A stretch of 50,827 nt of DNA from an uncultured Anaerolinea sp. (GTDB lineage: Bacteria > Chloroflexota > Anaerolineae > Anaerolineales > Anaerolineaceae). Positions 28,617 to 37,534 of the stretch are shown here, piece after piece. The stretch covers positions 1 through 50,827 of the forward strand of contig CAYMGO010000003.1 of NCBI GenBank assembly GCA_964390015.1, given 5' to 3'. The notes under the pieces are model-generated. The model did not search any database and had not been told where the DNA came from. It saw nothing but the letters and a program-made list of their open reading frames with translations. A program made the translations under genes and the position numbers. Numbering within the stretch: position 1 is the first letter of the stretch; each line of letters begins with the position of its first letter.

Positions 28617-29204
28617 GTGAATAGGTTGAGGAGTTTTCCTGCGAACGCCTTGCTTTTACTCGGTATCCTGCCGGCACCCAAGGATCTTGAAATCGCCAGG
28701 GTGCTGGGTTGGTATCGCATCCCGATGAAGTCATCACCTAAAATTATTGAAGTGGATTATTTCGCGTTTTACCAGGGTGCTAATTTCGGTGAAGAACACC
28801 GCTGGAAGGTAGAGTACGTGGCCGAGTACCGCGGTCATGAGTTAACTACCAGGGGTGAGTTGATGCGTGACCAACCTGATCATCCCCGCGCCAAAGAAGA
28901 ATACTTCAAGGTTCAACTTGGTCCGCTTACCCGCGTTTCGCCACCTATTACTGCTGGTTCATGGAAGCGCATCACTTTCCTATTTACAACTGGTGAACTT
29001 TTCGACAAGGCTCAAACGATCAACGACCTGGTGGTGGATACCGATGAGCGTGCCATCCTTTGGAAGAGACTGCGCGAGCGCAGTCGTGATTCTGCCATCT
29101 ACAAAGCAGGTGCTGTACAGGAAGCGAACCTTTCTCCTGAACTTTTGGAACTGTTGTTGGGTTTGAATAGCGCAATCCCTGACCACGACATGGATAACTA
29201 TTAG
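28617..29204 (+). CDS. Conserved-looking hypothetical protein, no family recognised
   Basis: 195-aa ORF with non-random composition (ARVLGWYRIP, VDYFAFYQG, RITFLFTTGELF). Start uncertain (GTG at 28617 or TTG at 28626). It sits between a terminator and the hydantoinase gene. Confidence 0.45.
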   Translation: MNRLRSFPANALLLLGILPAPKDLEIARVLGWYRIPMKSSPKIIEVDYFAFYQGANFGEEHRWKVEYVAEYRGHELTTRGELMRDQPDHPRAKEEYFKVQLGPLTRVSPPITAGSWKRITFLFTTGELFDKAQTINDLVVDTDERAILWKRLRERSRDSAIYKAGAVQEANLSPELLELLLGLNSAIPDHDMDNY

Positions 29205-29273
29205 CCATCTGGCTATTGCTGGTAGAATAAAATGCGATGGCACAACAACAAGTTGAACCGTCAGGATAAATTC

Positions 29274-30695
29274 ATGCAGACGCTGATCAAAAATGGAACG
29301 CTGGTCACAGCCGGAATAACGGAGACAGCTGATCTATTGATCGATAAGGGCAGTATCACTCGTATCGATCGAAACATCCCGCTGGATTACGGAGACGAAG
29401 TCATTGACGCCTCAGGATTGTACGTGCTGCCGGGAGGGGTGGACGTTCATGTGCATCTCGATCTCCCCATGTTCAATACGGTTTCTTCGGATGATCACTA
29501 CACCGGTACCAAGGCGGCAGCCTGCGGCGGGACCACCACAGTAATCGACTTTGTTTCGCAGGATTCGGACGATTTGCTTGCGTGCATTGCCGCACTGCGT
29601 CACAAGGCTGACGCGAAAGTGGCGGTTGATTACGGGCTGCATATGAACATTACCCATCTTAATCCGCAGGTGGAATCTCAGATCCCACTCCTGGTAAATG
29701 CAGGCGTCACCAGTATAAAAGTTTTCACAGCATATAATGACAGGTTGCGATTGCGGGATGATGAGATCTTCAGGGTCATGCGTATTGCCCGTGAGCATGG
29801 GTTATTAACACTGCTCCACGCTGAGAATGGTGACCTGATTGAGATCCTGGTGCAGGAGGCGTTGCAGCAGGGAAATACCTCACCGATCTGGCACGCAAAA
29901 ACCAGACCGGCATGGGGCGCTGTGGAAGCGGTGTTGCGTGGAGCTGCGCTCGCTGCTACCGCGCAGGCACCTTTGTATATTGTGCACGTAAATGTTGCCG
30001 GTGAAGTGGATATGCTGCAATATGCCCGTGACCACGGGCTGGAATTAATGGGCGAAACCTGCCCACAATACCTGTTTTTTACGGAGGCTGACCTGGAACG
30101 ACCTGATGGCGCGAGATGGATATGTTCTCCGCCGTTGCGAACAACAACAGACCAGCAGCGCATATGGGACGGGCTGAAGGAAGGGACATTGCAGGTGATC
30201 TCGACTGATCACTGTCCATTTTTTTATGATGGCACAAAACCGATCGTGTACGAAGGGCAAGAGATTGCCATTCCAGGCAAGGAATTGGGGAATGGTGATT
30301 TTACTAGGATCCCCAATGGGCTGCCCGGGGTAGGTGACCGGCTGCCGGTGTTATGGTCAAAAATGATCAGCTCGGGCGAGTTTTCCATCAATGACTTTGT
30401 AGCACTGACGAGCACCAATCCTGCGAAGATCTTTGGGATGTACCCGCGCAAGGGATCGCTGATGCCTGGGGCGGATGCTGATGTTGTTTTATGGGATCCT
30501 GATCGTGAGGTTAAATACGGGGTAACTTACGCGCAACACAGGACTGATCACAACCTTTACGAGGGCTGGAATCTCCAGGGATACCCGGTGCGGGTGCTGT
30601 TACGAGGGCGGACCATTTACAACGATGGAAATTGGTCAGGAATTCCGGGCGGCGGGCAATTTATCCCTCGCGCCACATTCGAAGGGTTGATTTAG
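29274..30695 (+). CDS. D-hydantoinase / dihydropyrimidinase (cyclic amidohydrolase)
   Basis: Has LIKNGTLVT...VLPGGVDVHVHLDLP (HxH), TSIKVFTAYN (carbamylated-Lys position), LLHAENGD and ISTDHCPF. The ATG at 29274 fits the family N-terminus; the ORF-track start at 29232 is an extension. Confidence 0.85.
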   Translation: MQTLIKNGTLVTAGITETADLLIDKGSITRIDRNIPLDYGDEVIDASGLYVLPGGVDVHVHLDLPMFNTVSSDDHYTGTKAAACGGTTTVIDFVSQDSDDLLACIAALRHKADAKVAVDYGLHMNITHLNPQVESQIPLLVNAGVTSIKVFTAYNDRLRLRDDEIFRVMRIAREHGLLTLLHAENGDLIEILVQEALQQGNTSPIWHAKTRPAWGAVEAVLRGAALAATAQAPLYIVHVNVAGEVDMLQYARDHGLELMGETCPQYLFFTEADLERPDGARWICSPPLRTTTDQQRIWDGLKEGTLQVISTDHCPFFYDGTKPIVYEGQEIAIPGKELGNGDFTRIPNGLPGVGDRLPVLWSKMISSGEFSINDFVALTSTNPAKIFGMYPRKGSLMPGADADVVLWDPDREVKYGVTYAQHRTDHNLYEGWNLQGYPVRVLLRGRTIYNDGNWSGIPGGGQFIPRATFEGLI

Positions 30696-30703
30696 GAAGC
30701 GGA

Positions 30704-32299
30704 ATGTTATCTCTGTTACCGGTTGCGCTGCTGTTGCTGTCTGCTGTGGTGATTCAGATAGTTGGACGGATTACCATGCGGGCTGGAAGTACCTGGTTGC
30801 TGGCGGCCGTTATTGGGTTCATCACCTGGTTGAGCATGATCCTCATCGGTATTTTACTTCCTCCCGCAGTTTCCATCAGTAATTGGCTTCCAGAACCCTA
30901 TGCATTCACAGCGATTAGTTTTCAGGCAACCCGCGAAACCTGGATATTTGGCTTTCTGCTCGTTTCATTACTACAGGCTGTCATATTCTTCAATGCCCGC
31001 AACCTGGATTCCTCAAACTACCTGCAAAAGATCACTGGCGCAATGGTGCTGACCGCCTTCGGGTTGCTGGCAGTATTTTCCCGCACTCCTCTCGCATTTG
31101 TTTTGACCTGGTCGCTGATGGACCTGGCGGAGTTTGGAGTGTTGACCGCCACGCTTGGTAGTGGGAAAGAAGATCGATCAACTCTGACCGCGGTTCTGTC
31201 CCGTGAACTGGGAATTATCCTGTTGGTCCTTTTCATGGCCATCGCACCTGAGCAGGTTGTGCAATCTGACCGGTTATCAATTCTCACCGCATGGCTATTG
31301 TTAATAATTGCTCTCCTGAGGATGGGCATTTTCCCGTTGAGGCAAACCCTAACGAATGATCCGCGGATCCGCAGGGGATTTTTGACGCTCCTGCGGGCAC
31401 TTCCATTGATAACAGTTTTTGCGTTTTTATTGACTATTGTGAACTTTGGACTGCCTGAAAGATCTCTACAACTGCTGCTCGTTGTTTTTTCCATCGCCAC
31501 AATATATGGATCAACTTCGTGGTTCTTCGCTAAAGATGAACTCGTAGGAAGACCATATTGGTTTTTTACACTCGGTTGTATCGGGATGATCACTTTCTTG
31601 ACCAGCGCACCTGGTGCATTGATAGCCCTCGCTGTTGTCACGGTGGCAGGTGGCACTGGCATTTTTCTGTACTCACCCAGGTTCCGTAAGTTATACGCAT
31701 TTATACCGGTTTTGCTGGTTGGGCTGCTGGCATTACCATTAACTCCAACAACCACAATAAACCATTTTTTTGCCACTGAGGTGTTTTCAATCCATCAGGT
31801 ATTTTTGATTCCAGCATATGCTTTGTTGCTAGCTGGTGTCATTAAACACGCTTCAAGGAAGGATGAAGACACGGATATCAGTGAGGCATGGATGCGTCTA
31901 TTTCACCGGATCTCCCTATATTTTATTGCACTGGTTCCCTGGATAATGATGGGAGTGATGTTTAAGTTACACACTTTGCAGGCAAACTGGTGGGTTTCAA
32001 CCACGATACTTATCATAACTGCTGGTTTCACCGCCCTGCATTTCTTGTTTTTCCGGCGATCCTTACCCGAAAGAAGCATATTTTCCAGGATCAAGCCAGT
32101 GATCGTGAAAATATTTCAGACAATTGATAAAATCTTGAAGTTGAACTGGCTGTCGAGGATTTTTTCTTCAATTGGATTTTTCACTGGTAAGATTGCTGCT
32201 CTTCTGAACAGGGTTCAGGAAGGCGACGGCGGTATTCTGTGGTCCTTCCTTTTCCTGGTCTTGCTACTTTCTTTGCTTCTCACACCGCAGGTTCCGTAA
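30704..32299 (+). CDS. Large polytopic membrane protein with remnants of NuoL/MrpA-like antiporter architecture (degenerate)
   Basis: 531 aa and about 14-16 TM segments. TWSLMDLAEFGVL sits where L/M/N subunits carry GWEG-type TM5, LLRMGIFPLRQTL where they carry K..QLPL..WL, and the C-terminal tail ...LNWLSRIF...GGILWSFLFLVLLLSLL resembles the NuoL C-terminus. Canonical motifs are not intact. Confidence 0.4.
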   Translation: MLSLLPVALLLLSAVVIQIVGRITMRAGSTWLLAAVIGFITWLSMILIGILLPPAVSISNWLPEPYAFTAISFQATRETWIFGFLLVSLLQAVIFFNARNLDSSNYLQKITGAMVLTAFGLLAVFSRTPLAFVLTWSLMDLAEFGVLTATLGSGKEDRSTLTAVLSRELGIILLVLFMAIAPEQVVQSDRLSILTAWLLLIIALLRMGIFPLRQTLTNDPRIRRGFLTLLRALPLITVFAFLLTIVNFGLPERSLQLLLVVFSIATIYGSTSWFFAKDELVGRPYWFFTLGCIGMITFLTSAPGALIALAVVTVAGGTGIFLYSPRFRKLYAFIPVLLVGLLALPLTPTTTINHFFATEVFSIHQVFLIPAYALLLAGVIKHASRKDEDTDISEAWMRLFHRISLYFIALVPWIMMGVMFKLHTLQANWWVSTTILIITAGFTALHFLFFRRSLPERSIFSRIKPVIVKIFQTIDKILKLNWLSRIFSSIGFFTGKIAALLNRVQEGDGGILWSFLFLVLLLSLLLTPQVP

Positions 32300-32880
32300 T
32301 GGAAAACTGGATCAACTACCTAACGATAGCGATTCTCATCGCCGCTTTATTTGGTTTGATCATCGCTGATTCGCGACGATTGATTGTCATCGCTTTTTGT
32401 ACGGTCGTGTTAATCCTTTTTTCTATTAATGTCCAATTCTGGACATTCGGATTTTCTCTAAGCAAGCTTCTTACTGGCGTCATGTCAATTTTGATCCTGG
32501 TCTTATCCCCTGAACGAAATGTAGGCACTAACTCAAAGGTCCCTGGTACCGGGAAGATCTTCAACGTTGTGGGATTCGGCTTTTGTATCATTCTTGTATT
32601 CTTCACCATCAATATTACCAGTCAGTTCCTGGTCATCAGCCATGACCAGGTGATTCCAGCGTTGTTGATCCTCTTGTGTGGATTTATCATGTTGGGAATC
32701 TCACAGGATTCTTTTCGGATCATTATTGCTTTGTTGACTGTGATCACTGGGTTCGAGGTGCTCTATGGGGCGGTGGAGCAATCTCTATTGATCAATGGTT
32801 TTTTGGCAGCTGTAGAGCTGCTGGTCGCTCTGGTTGGCTCTTACCTGATAACTCCAGTCGGCACAGGAGAAGAAAGATGA
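32299..32880 (+). CDS. Small polytopic membrane protein with membrane-embedded Glu residues, NuoK/MnhC-like flavour only
   Basis: 193 aa and about 6 TM segments. The C-terminal GFEVLYGAVEQ...AAVELLVALVG recalls the GLE..N and AAAEA..GLA motifs of NuoK, but with shorter spacing. The ATG overlaps the upstream stop (TAATG). Confidence 0.35.
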   Translation: MENWINYLTIAILIAALFGLIIADSRRLIVIAFCTVVLILFSINVQFWTFGFSLSKLLTGVMSILILVLSPERNVGTNSKVPGTGKIFNVVGFGFCIILVFFTINITSQFLVISHDQVIPALLILLCGFIMLGISQDSFRIIIALLTVITGFEVLYGAVEQSLLINGFLAAVELLVALVGSYLITPVGTGEER

Positions 32881-34271
32881 GCGCTCCTGTAATATGGATT
32901 GTTGCTCCTCTATTTGTATCGGTGGGGTTGCTCTTCCTAACCAGTCTTCCCAGGCTTCAAAAAGCCATCGGAATCATCATCAGCCTCCTGTTATCAATCA
33001 CCGCGATCCTTCAACCAATCGGTAATGTGCTTCGATTAGGCAGTATCGTCCTGGATATCCGGCCGGACCTTGTACTTCTTGGCAGATCACTTTTTCTGGA
33101 TGAAGGGGATCGTTTTATTCTGGTAATAATTTTTAGTACTCTATTCATTTTTTATGTTTTGATGGATACGAAAACAATTCCATCCAAGTTCATTCCCCTT
33201 TCTCTTGCCATCAGTGCGATTCTTGTTTCAGCGTTGGGAGTGCAGCCTTTTCTCTATTCCGCAGTTTTGGTGGAACTGGCCGTATTGCTGATGATCATCA
33301 TGGTCAAAGAAAGAAATATCGACCAGGAAAAGGGTATCATCCGCTTTCTAGTGTACCTGACGCTCGCAATGCCGTTCATCCTATTCTCCGGTTGGATACT
33401 TGGGGGAACTCAAGCCAGTCCTTCAGAGCAGGAGCGCCTCCTGGGCGCGGCAGTAACCTTGTTCATCGGGTTCTCCCTGTGGCTGGCGGTCTTTCCTTTT
33501 CATTCATGGGTTCCTCAGTTTTCTCGTGTGGTTCATCCGTATTTGTTTGGGTTCATCTTCAGCCAGCTGCCGATCGTGATTTTGTTTATCGTGGTAAATT
33601 ACGTATCCAGCCTGGTGTGGTTGCGGTCAGCATCCTACCTGTCTCCAGCGCTCAGTAGTGTGGGGATTATCATGATCGTCACCACGGGGTTTTGGGCAAG
33701 CGTGGAAAATGATATCAAACGCCTGCTTGCGTACAGTGTTTTATTGGAAACAGGCTTTTCTTTGATAATGATCAGCTTTAGATCAGATCAGGGACTCATC
33801 CTGATGTATCAATCCTTTATACCCCGGATCCTTAGCCTGGTACTGCTGGTCTACTCGCTCTCCATATTCGTTGGTGCTGGAATTCAACTTACAACAGATG
33901 GCATTCGCGGTGTGATCCGCAGTTATCCGTTTGCCACCAGCGGGTTTCTGATAGCGCTGTTCTCGATATCAGGTTTCCCGCTTTTTGCCGCTTTTCCTGT
34001 CAGGATGGAATTACTGCACCAGTTGGGTTTGAGTTCGGTCCCTTCTGTGGTCTGGACGATCGCTGGACTCACGGGATTCATCATCGCGGTGATCCGGTTA
34101 TTTATGGCGGTGACTTTTCCGTCCTCAGAGAAATGGCAAATCCATGAGAGAATTACTCAGGTTATCATTGTGTGTATTGCAATTATCATTTTGACAATTG
34201 CAGGGTTGGTTCCACAGCTAATGGAGAGCATCATAAAACCATTTACAGCGAATTTACCTTTGCTACGCTAA
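32877..34271 (+). CDS. Proton-antiporter-like subunit of the NuoN/NuoM/MrpD family (PF00361-type), divergent
   Basis: 464 aa. Carries LAVFPFHSWVPQ (PFH-W-P hallmark), DIKRLLAYSVLLETGF (KRxLAYSS hallmark) and SAVLVELAVL (TM5 Glu). The ATG overlaps the upstream stop (ATGA). Confidence 0.6.
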   Translation: MSAPVIWIVAPLFVSVGLLFLTSLPRLQKAIGIIISLLLSITAILQPIGNVLRLGSIVLDIRPDLVLLGRSLFLDEGDRFILVIIFSTLFIFYVLMDTKTIPSKFIPLSLAISAILVSALGVQPFLYSAVLVELAVLLMIIMVKERNIDQEKGIIRFLVYLTLAMPFILFSGWILGGTQASPSEQERLLGAAVTLFIGFSLWLAVFPFHSWVPQFSRVVHPYLFGFIFSQLPIVILFIVVNYVSSLVWLRSASYLSPALSSVGIIMIVTTGFWASVENDIKRLLAYSVLLETGFSLIMISFRSDQGLILMYQSFIPRILSLVLLVYSLSIFVGAGIQLTTDGIRGVIRSYPFATSGFLIALFSISGFPLFAAFPVRMELLHQLGLSSVPSVVWTIAGLTGFIIAVIRLFMAVTFPSSEKWQIHERITQVIIVCIAIIILTIAGLVPQLMESIIKPFTANLPLLR

Positions 34272-34300
34272 ATGAATGAAACAGGATGAAAGGTTGAACA

Positions 34301-35479
34301 ATGGAAAATGATGAGATCTTAAAAAGGTTTGAGTGGTTGGATGGAGAACGCCGAAAAGACAGGCAGGTCATTACTGATTTGCAGGAACAGATTTCGGCGC
34401 TTCAGGAGGTCATCAACACGCAAAAACGTGATATTTTAAATTTAAGCAAAGAATTCAAGAAATCCACTGCCAATGTAGTTCGCGCCGAAGAATATGAAGA
34501 TGGACTTTCAAGGCAAAAAGTCGATTTTTCGAAAAATATCAGTGCACTTGAAAAGCGTTTGAACGGTTTGGAACAAACCATAACCACCCAAAGGAATGAT
34601 GACCGGGAAGTCCTAAATAAACGTGTGCTTGAACTTCAGGGTGATATCAAATCGCTTAATGAGATCAAAAAGAGCATTCAATCCAGGGGAGAGGATGATT
34701 TCCGGCTGAATCAAAAGATTGAAGAACTGGGCAGACAATTTCCGGATTTGCGACTGAAGGATGATGAAATTCAGCGGCTGTTGAAGATCCTCGATGATAA
34801 TTACCGGATCGAGTCCAAGAGGGTTTCAGACCTGCAGGTCGAGTTGACCACACTGCGTAAACGGATTGATGAGGATCGCACGACCGCGGATTCTCACAAA
34901 GAATTCATCAAAAAGTTGGAAGGGCAGATCAACGACCTGGTAAACCGGGAAAAGACCAGGAACCAGGAACAACTTGCTTTTATAGAAAAGCAATCACGGC
35001 AGACGGTTGATCGAGAGAACCTTTGGAAAGGCTGGCAGGAAAAGATTGCACAAATGGAAAAAATGGCCGATGGCCTGTTGGGACAGATTTCTGAGTTGGA
35101 TTCTCTCAACCGTGAAGTCAAACAGGCACAAGGTGAGTTCGATGCCATTAATCAAAGGTTGGACCGCCGCATCAATGAGATCACCGAGATGAGCCGCCTC
35201 ACAGAAGAACGTTTCAGGCAGGAATGGGTCGCGTTCAAGGCCGATGACCAAAAGAGATGGACTAATTACTCCTTGAGTCAGGAAGAGATCAACAGGGAGG
35301 GGGACCGGGAAGTAACAAAAATAGCTGAGCGGATCATACCGCTGGAAGATGCCACGCAGCAGCTGTTAGATTCCGTCCAGGTGATCAACGAAGAAACCGA
35401 AAAACGGATCAGGAGTCTGTTGACGCTTGTTAATGAATTTCTCAGCTCGTATGAACGCACAGTTGGACGAAAAGGTTAA
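34301..35479 (+). CDS. 392-aa highly charged coiled-coil protein; function unknown
   Basis: Almost continuous heptad-like E/K/R/Q/L/I composition (DLQEQISALQEVINTQKRDILNLSKEFKK...). No TM segment or enzymatic motif is visible. Trp-containing segments occur at both ends (RFEWLDGERRKD; RFRQEWVAFKADDQKRW). Confidence 0.6.
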   Translation: MENDEILKRFEWLDGERRKDRQVITDLQEQISALQEVINTQKRDILNLSKEFKKSTANVVRAEEYEDGLSRQKVDFSKNISALEKRLNGLEQTITTQRNDDREVLNKRVLELQGDIKSLNEIKKSIQSRGEDDFRLNQKIEELGRQFPDLRLKDDEIQRLLKILDDNYRIESKRVSDLQVELTTLRKRIDEDRTTADSHKEFIKKLEGQINDLVNREKTRNQEQLAFIEKQSRQTVDRENLWKGWQEKIAQMEKMADGLLGQISELDSLNREVKQAQGEFDAINQRLDRRINEITEMSRLTEERFRQEWVAFKADDQKRWTNYSLSQEEINREGDREVTKIAERIIPLEDATQQLLDSVQVINEETEKRIRSLLTLVNEFLSSYERTVGRKG

Positions 35480-35482
35480 AAA

Positions 35483-37375
35483 ATGCGTGTGATCGGTACA
35501 GCGGGTCATGTTGACCACGGAAAATCAACACTTGTAAAGGCATTAACTGGAATTGACCCGGATCGTCTAAAAGAAGAAAAGAAACGCCAGATGACCATTG
35601 AGCTGGGATTCGCCTGGTATGAATCACAGTCCGAAGGTGAAATTGGTATTGTAGATGTACCCGGTCACCGTGATTTTATTGAAAACATGTTGGCAGGTGT
35701 TGGTGGTATTGACGCAGTGCTGATGGTGATCGCCGCGGACGAAGGTATTATGCCGCAAACGAAAGAGCATCTTTCGATCATTGACCTGCTGCACGTAAAA
35801 ACAGGCCTGGTTGTTCTTACCAAGGTCGACCTGGTGGACGATCCCGCCTGGCTGGACTTGGTGGAAATGGATGTGCGCGAGAGACTTTCAGGCACGCAAC
35901 TCGAAAATGCGCCAATGCTGCGGGTCTCCGCCTTGACCGGTGAAGGAATACCCGAATTGCGTGAAGCGATTGATCGTATGCTGCGCCCACTTTCACCTAA
36001 GCTTGATCTCGGGCGGCCGAGGTTGCCGGTCGATCGCGTTTTTTCATTGACCGGTTTTGGCACGGTAGTAACTGGAACCCTCCTGGATGGGTCTTTCCAT
36101 TTGGACACCGAGGTTGAAATTTTACCGTCTCATCTGCAATCCAGGATCCGCGGGCTTCAAACTCACAAGAAGAGCGAGAACACAGCGTTTCCCGGCAGCC
36201 GTACAGCGATCAATCTCAGTGGGGTGGAAGTTGCTGAAATAAATAGAGGGGACGTAATCGCGTACCCTGGTATGTTCAGGCCGACACGCCGCATTGATGC
36301 CAGGTTGGATATTCTCAATGACGCTTCAGTTGCTATCAAACACAACGATTTTGTGAAAGTCTTTGTCCTGACTTCAGAATGCACAGGACGGGTGCGGCTT
36401 TTACAGGGGCAGGAACTGCAGCCGGGTGACAGCGGCTGGGTGCAGATTGAATTCGAGCGCGAAATGGTGTTAGAGAAAGATGACAGGTTCATTATCCGGC
36501 GCATGTCTCCCCCACAGACACTGGGTGGAGGATCTGTGGTGGACGCCCACCCAGCCGCTCGATATAAACTTCAGAATCCTGGAGTGATCGAGCGTTTTAA
36601 ACTGAAGACCGCTCCTTCTATAGATAATCAGGTACTGGCAGCAATAATGGAGAACCAATTTATATCCGCTGAAGACCTGCTCGTTAGATTTGGTGAAAAC
36701 CCATCTCTCTTTCACGAAAAAATGGAGTGCCTGGTTGACCAGGGAAAACTGGTTATCTTGACTGCAGCAGGGTCTCAAACGGGCAACTATGTGACCCGGG
36801 ATTACTGGCTTGCATTAACTGAGAAGACCCTGGAGATACTCAAAGGTTATCACCAACAGAGTCCTTTACGAAGTGGTATCAGCGTTGATGAGTTGGCAAG
36901 GCGGGTGAAGATCACACCAAAAGAACTGGCGATTTGTTTGAAACATTGGATCGAAGATCGCCTGTTGAAACAAAGCAATGAGTCGATTTCTTTGTTTGCT
37001 TTTTCCATCAGGTACTCGGCCAATCAATCACGGCGCCTGGATCAGTATTTTGCCTTGATTGAACAGCAGCCTTTCAATCCTCCCGGTGTGCGGGAAGCAA
37101 GGGAGATATTGACGGAGGAGGTCTACCAGTCTTTATTGGAACAGGGGTTGCTTACCCAATTATCTGCGGATGTGGTGGTGAGAAAATCAGAATTTGACCA
37201 GATGCTGCAATTTGTTGAGGATGAATGTAAAAGAGGGGAATTGTTGACCCTGGGTCAATTTCGCGATCACTTCAACACCAATCGTAAAGTTTCGCAGGCG
37301 TTCCTTGAGTTCCTCGACCGCAAGGGGGTGACGCAGCGTGAAGGGGAGGGACGAAGATTGAGGAAGAAGCGCTGA
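35483..37375 (+). CDS. selB: Selenocysteine-specific translation elongation factor
   Basis: N-terminal [43 protein letters not shown] closely parallels E. coli SelB. The 630-aa length includes a long C-terminal winged-helix region. The start is 4 nt after the preceding stop. Confidence 0.85.
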   Translation: MRVIGTAGHVDHGKSTLVKALTGIDPDRLKEEKKRQMTIELGFAWYESQSEGEIGIVDVPGHRDFIENMLAGVGGIDAVLMVIAADEGIMPQTKEHLSIIDLLHVKTGLVVLTKVDLVDDPAWLDLVEMDVRERLSGTQLENAPMLRVSALTGEGIPELREAIDRMLRPLSPKLDLGRPRLPVDRVFSLTGFGTVVTGTLLDGSFHLDTEVEILPSHLQSRIRGLQTHKKSENTAFPGSRTAINLSGVEVAEINRGDVIAYPGMFRPTRRIDARLDILNDASVAIKHNDFVKVFVLTSECTGRVRLLQGQELQPGDSGWVQIEFEREMVLEKDDRFIIRRMSPPQTLGGGSVVDAHPAARYKLQNPGVIERFKLKTAPSIDNQVLAAIMENQFISAEDLLVRFGENPSLFHEKMECLVDQGKLVILTAAGSQTGNYVTRDYWLALTEKTLEILKGYHQQSPLRSGISVDELARRVKITPKELAICLKHWIEDRLLKQSNESISLFAFSIRYSANQSRRLDQYFALIEQQPFNPPGVREAREILTEEVYQSLLEQGLLTQLSADVVVRKSEFDQMLQFVEDECKRGELLTLGQFRDHFNTNRKVSQAFLEFLDRKGVTQREGEGRRLRKKR

Positions 37376-37385
37376 GGTTTTTGCA

Positions 37386-37414
37386 TTGACAGGTTCGGTC
37401 ACAGCCTTTATAAT
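37386..37414 (+). promoter_or_regulatory. Consensus sigma-70 promoter for rplU-rpmA
   Basis: TTGACA (37386-37391), a 17-nt spacer, then TATAAT (37409-37414). It leaves a leader of about 115 nt before the rplU ATG. Confidence 0.7.
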
Positions 37415-37534
37415 ACCGTCTGCCTTTCAACCGGAGCAGAAAACTGTGAGGTTGTAAGTATTCCAACTTCCCCGCGAGCTGGCGGCTAATGAACGCGAGG
37501 TAACGGTGAAGTGAAGATTGGAGAATCTTAAAAC

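Noticed and set aside
31018-31776. 252-aa - strand ORF inside the first membrane gene
   Set aside because: It is an antisense shadow ORF. The sense frame has regular TM periodicity and is translationally coupled to its neighbours; the antisense product has no recognisable features.
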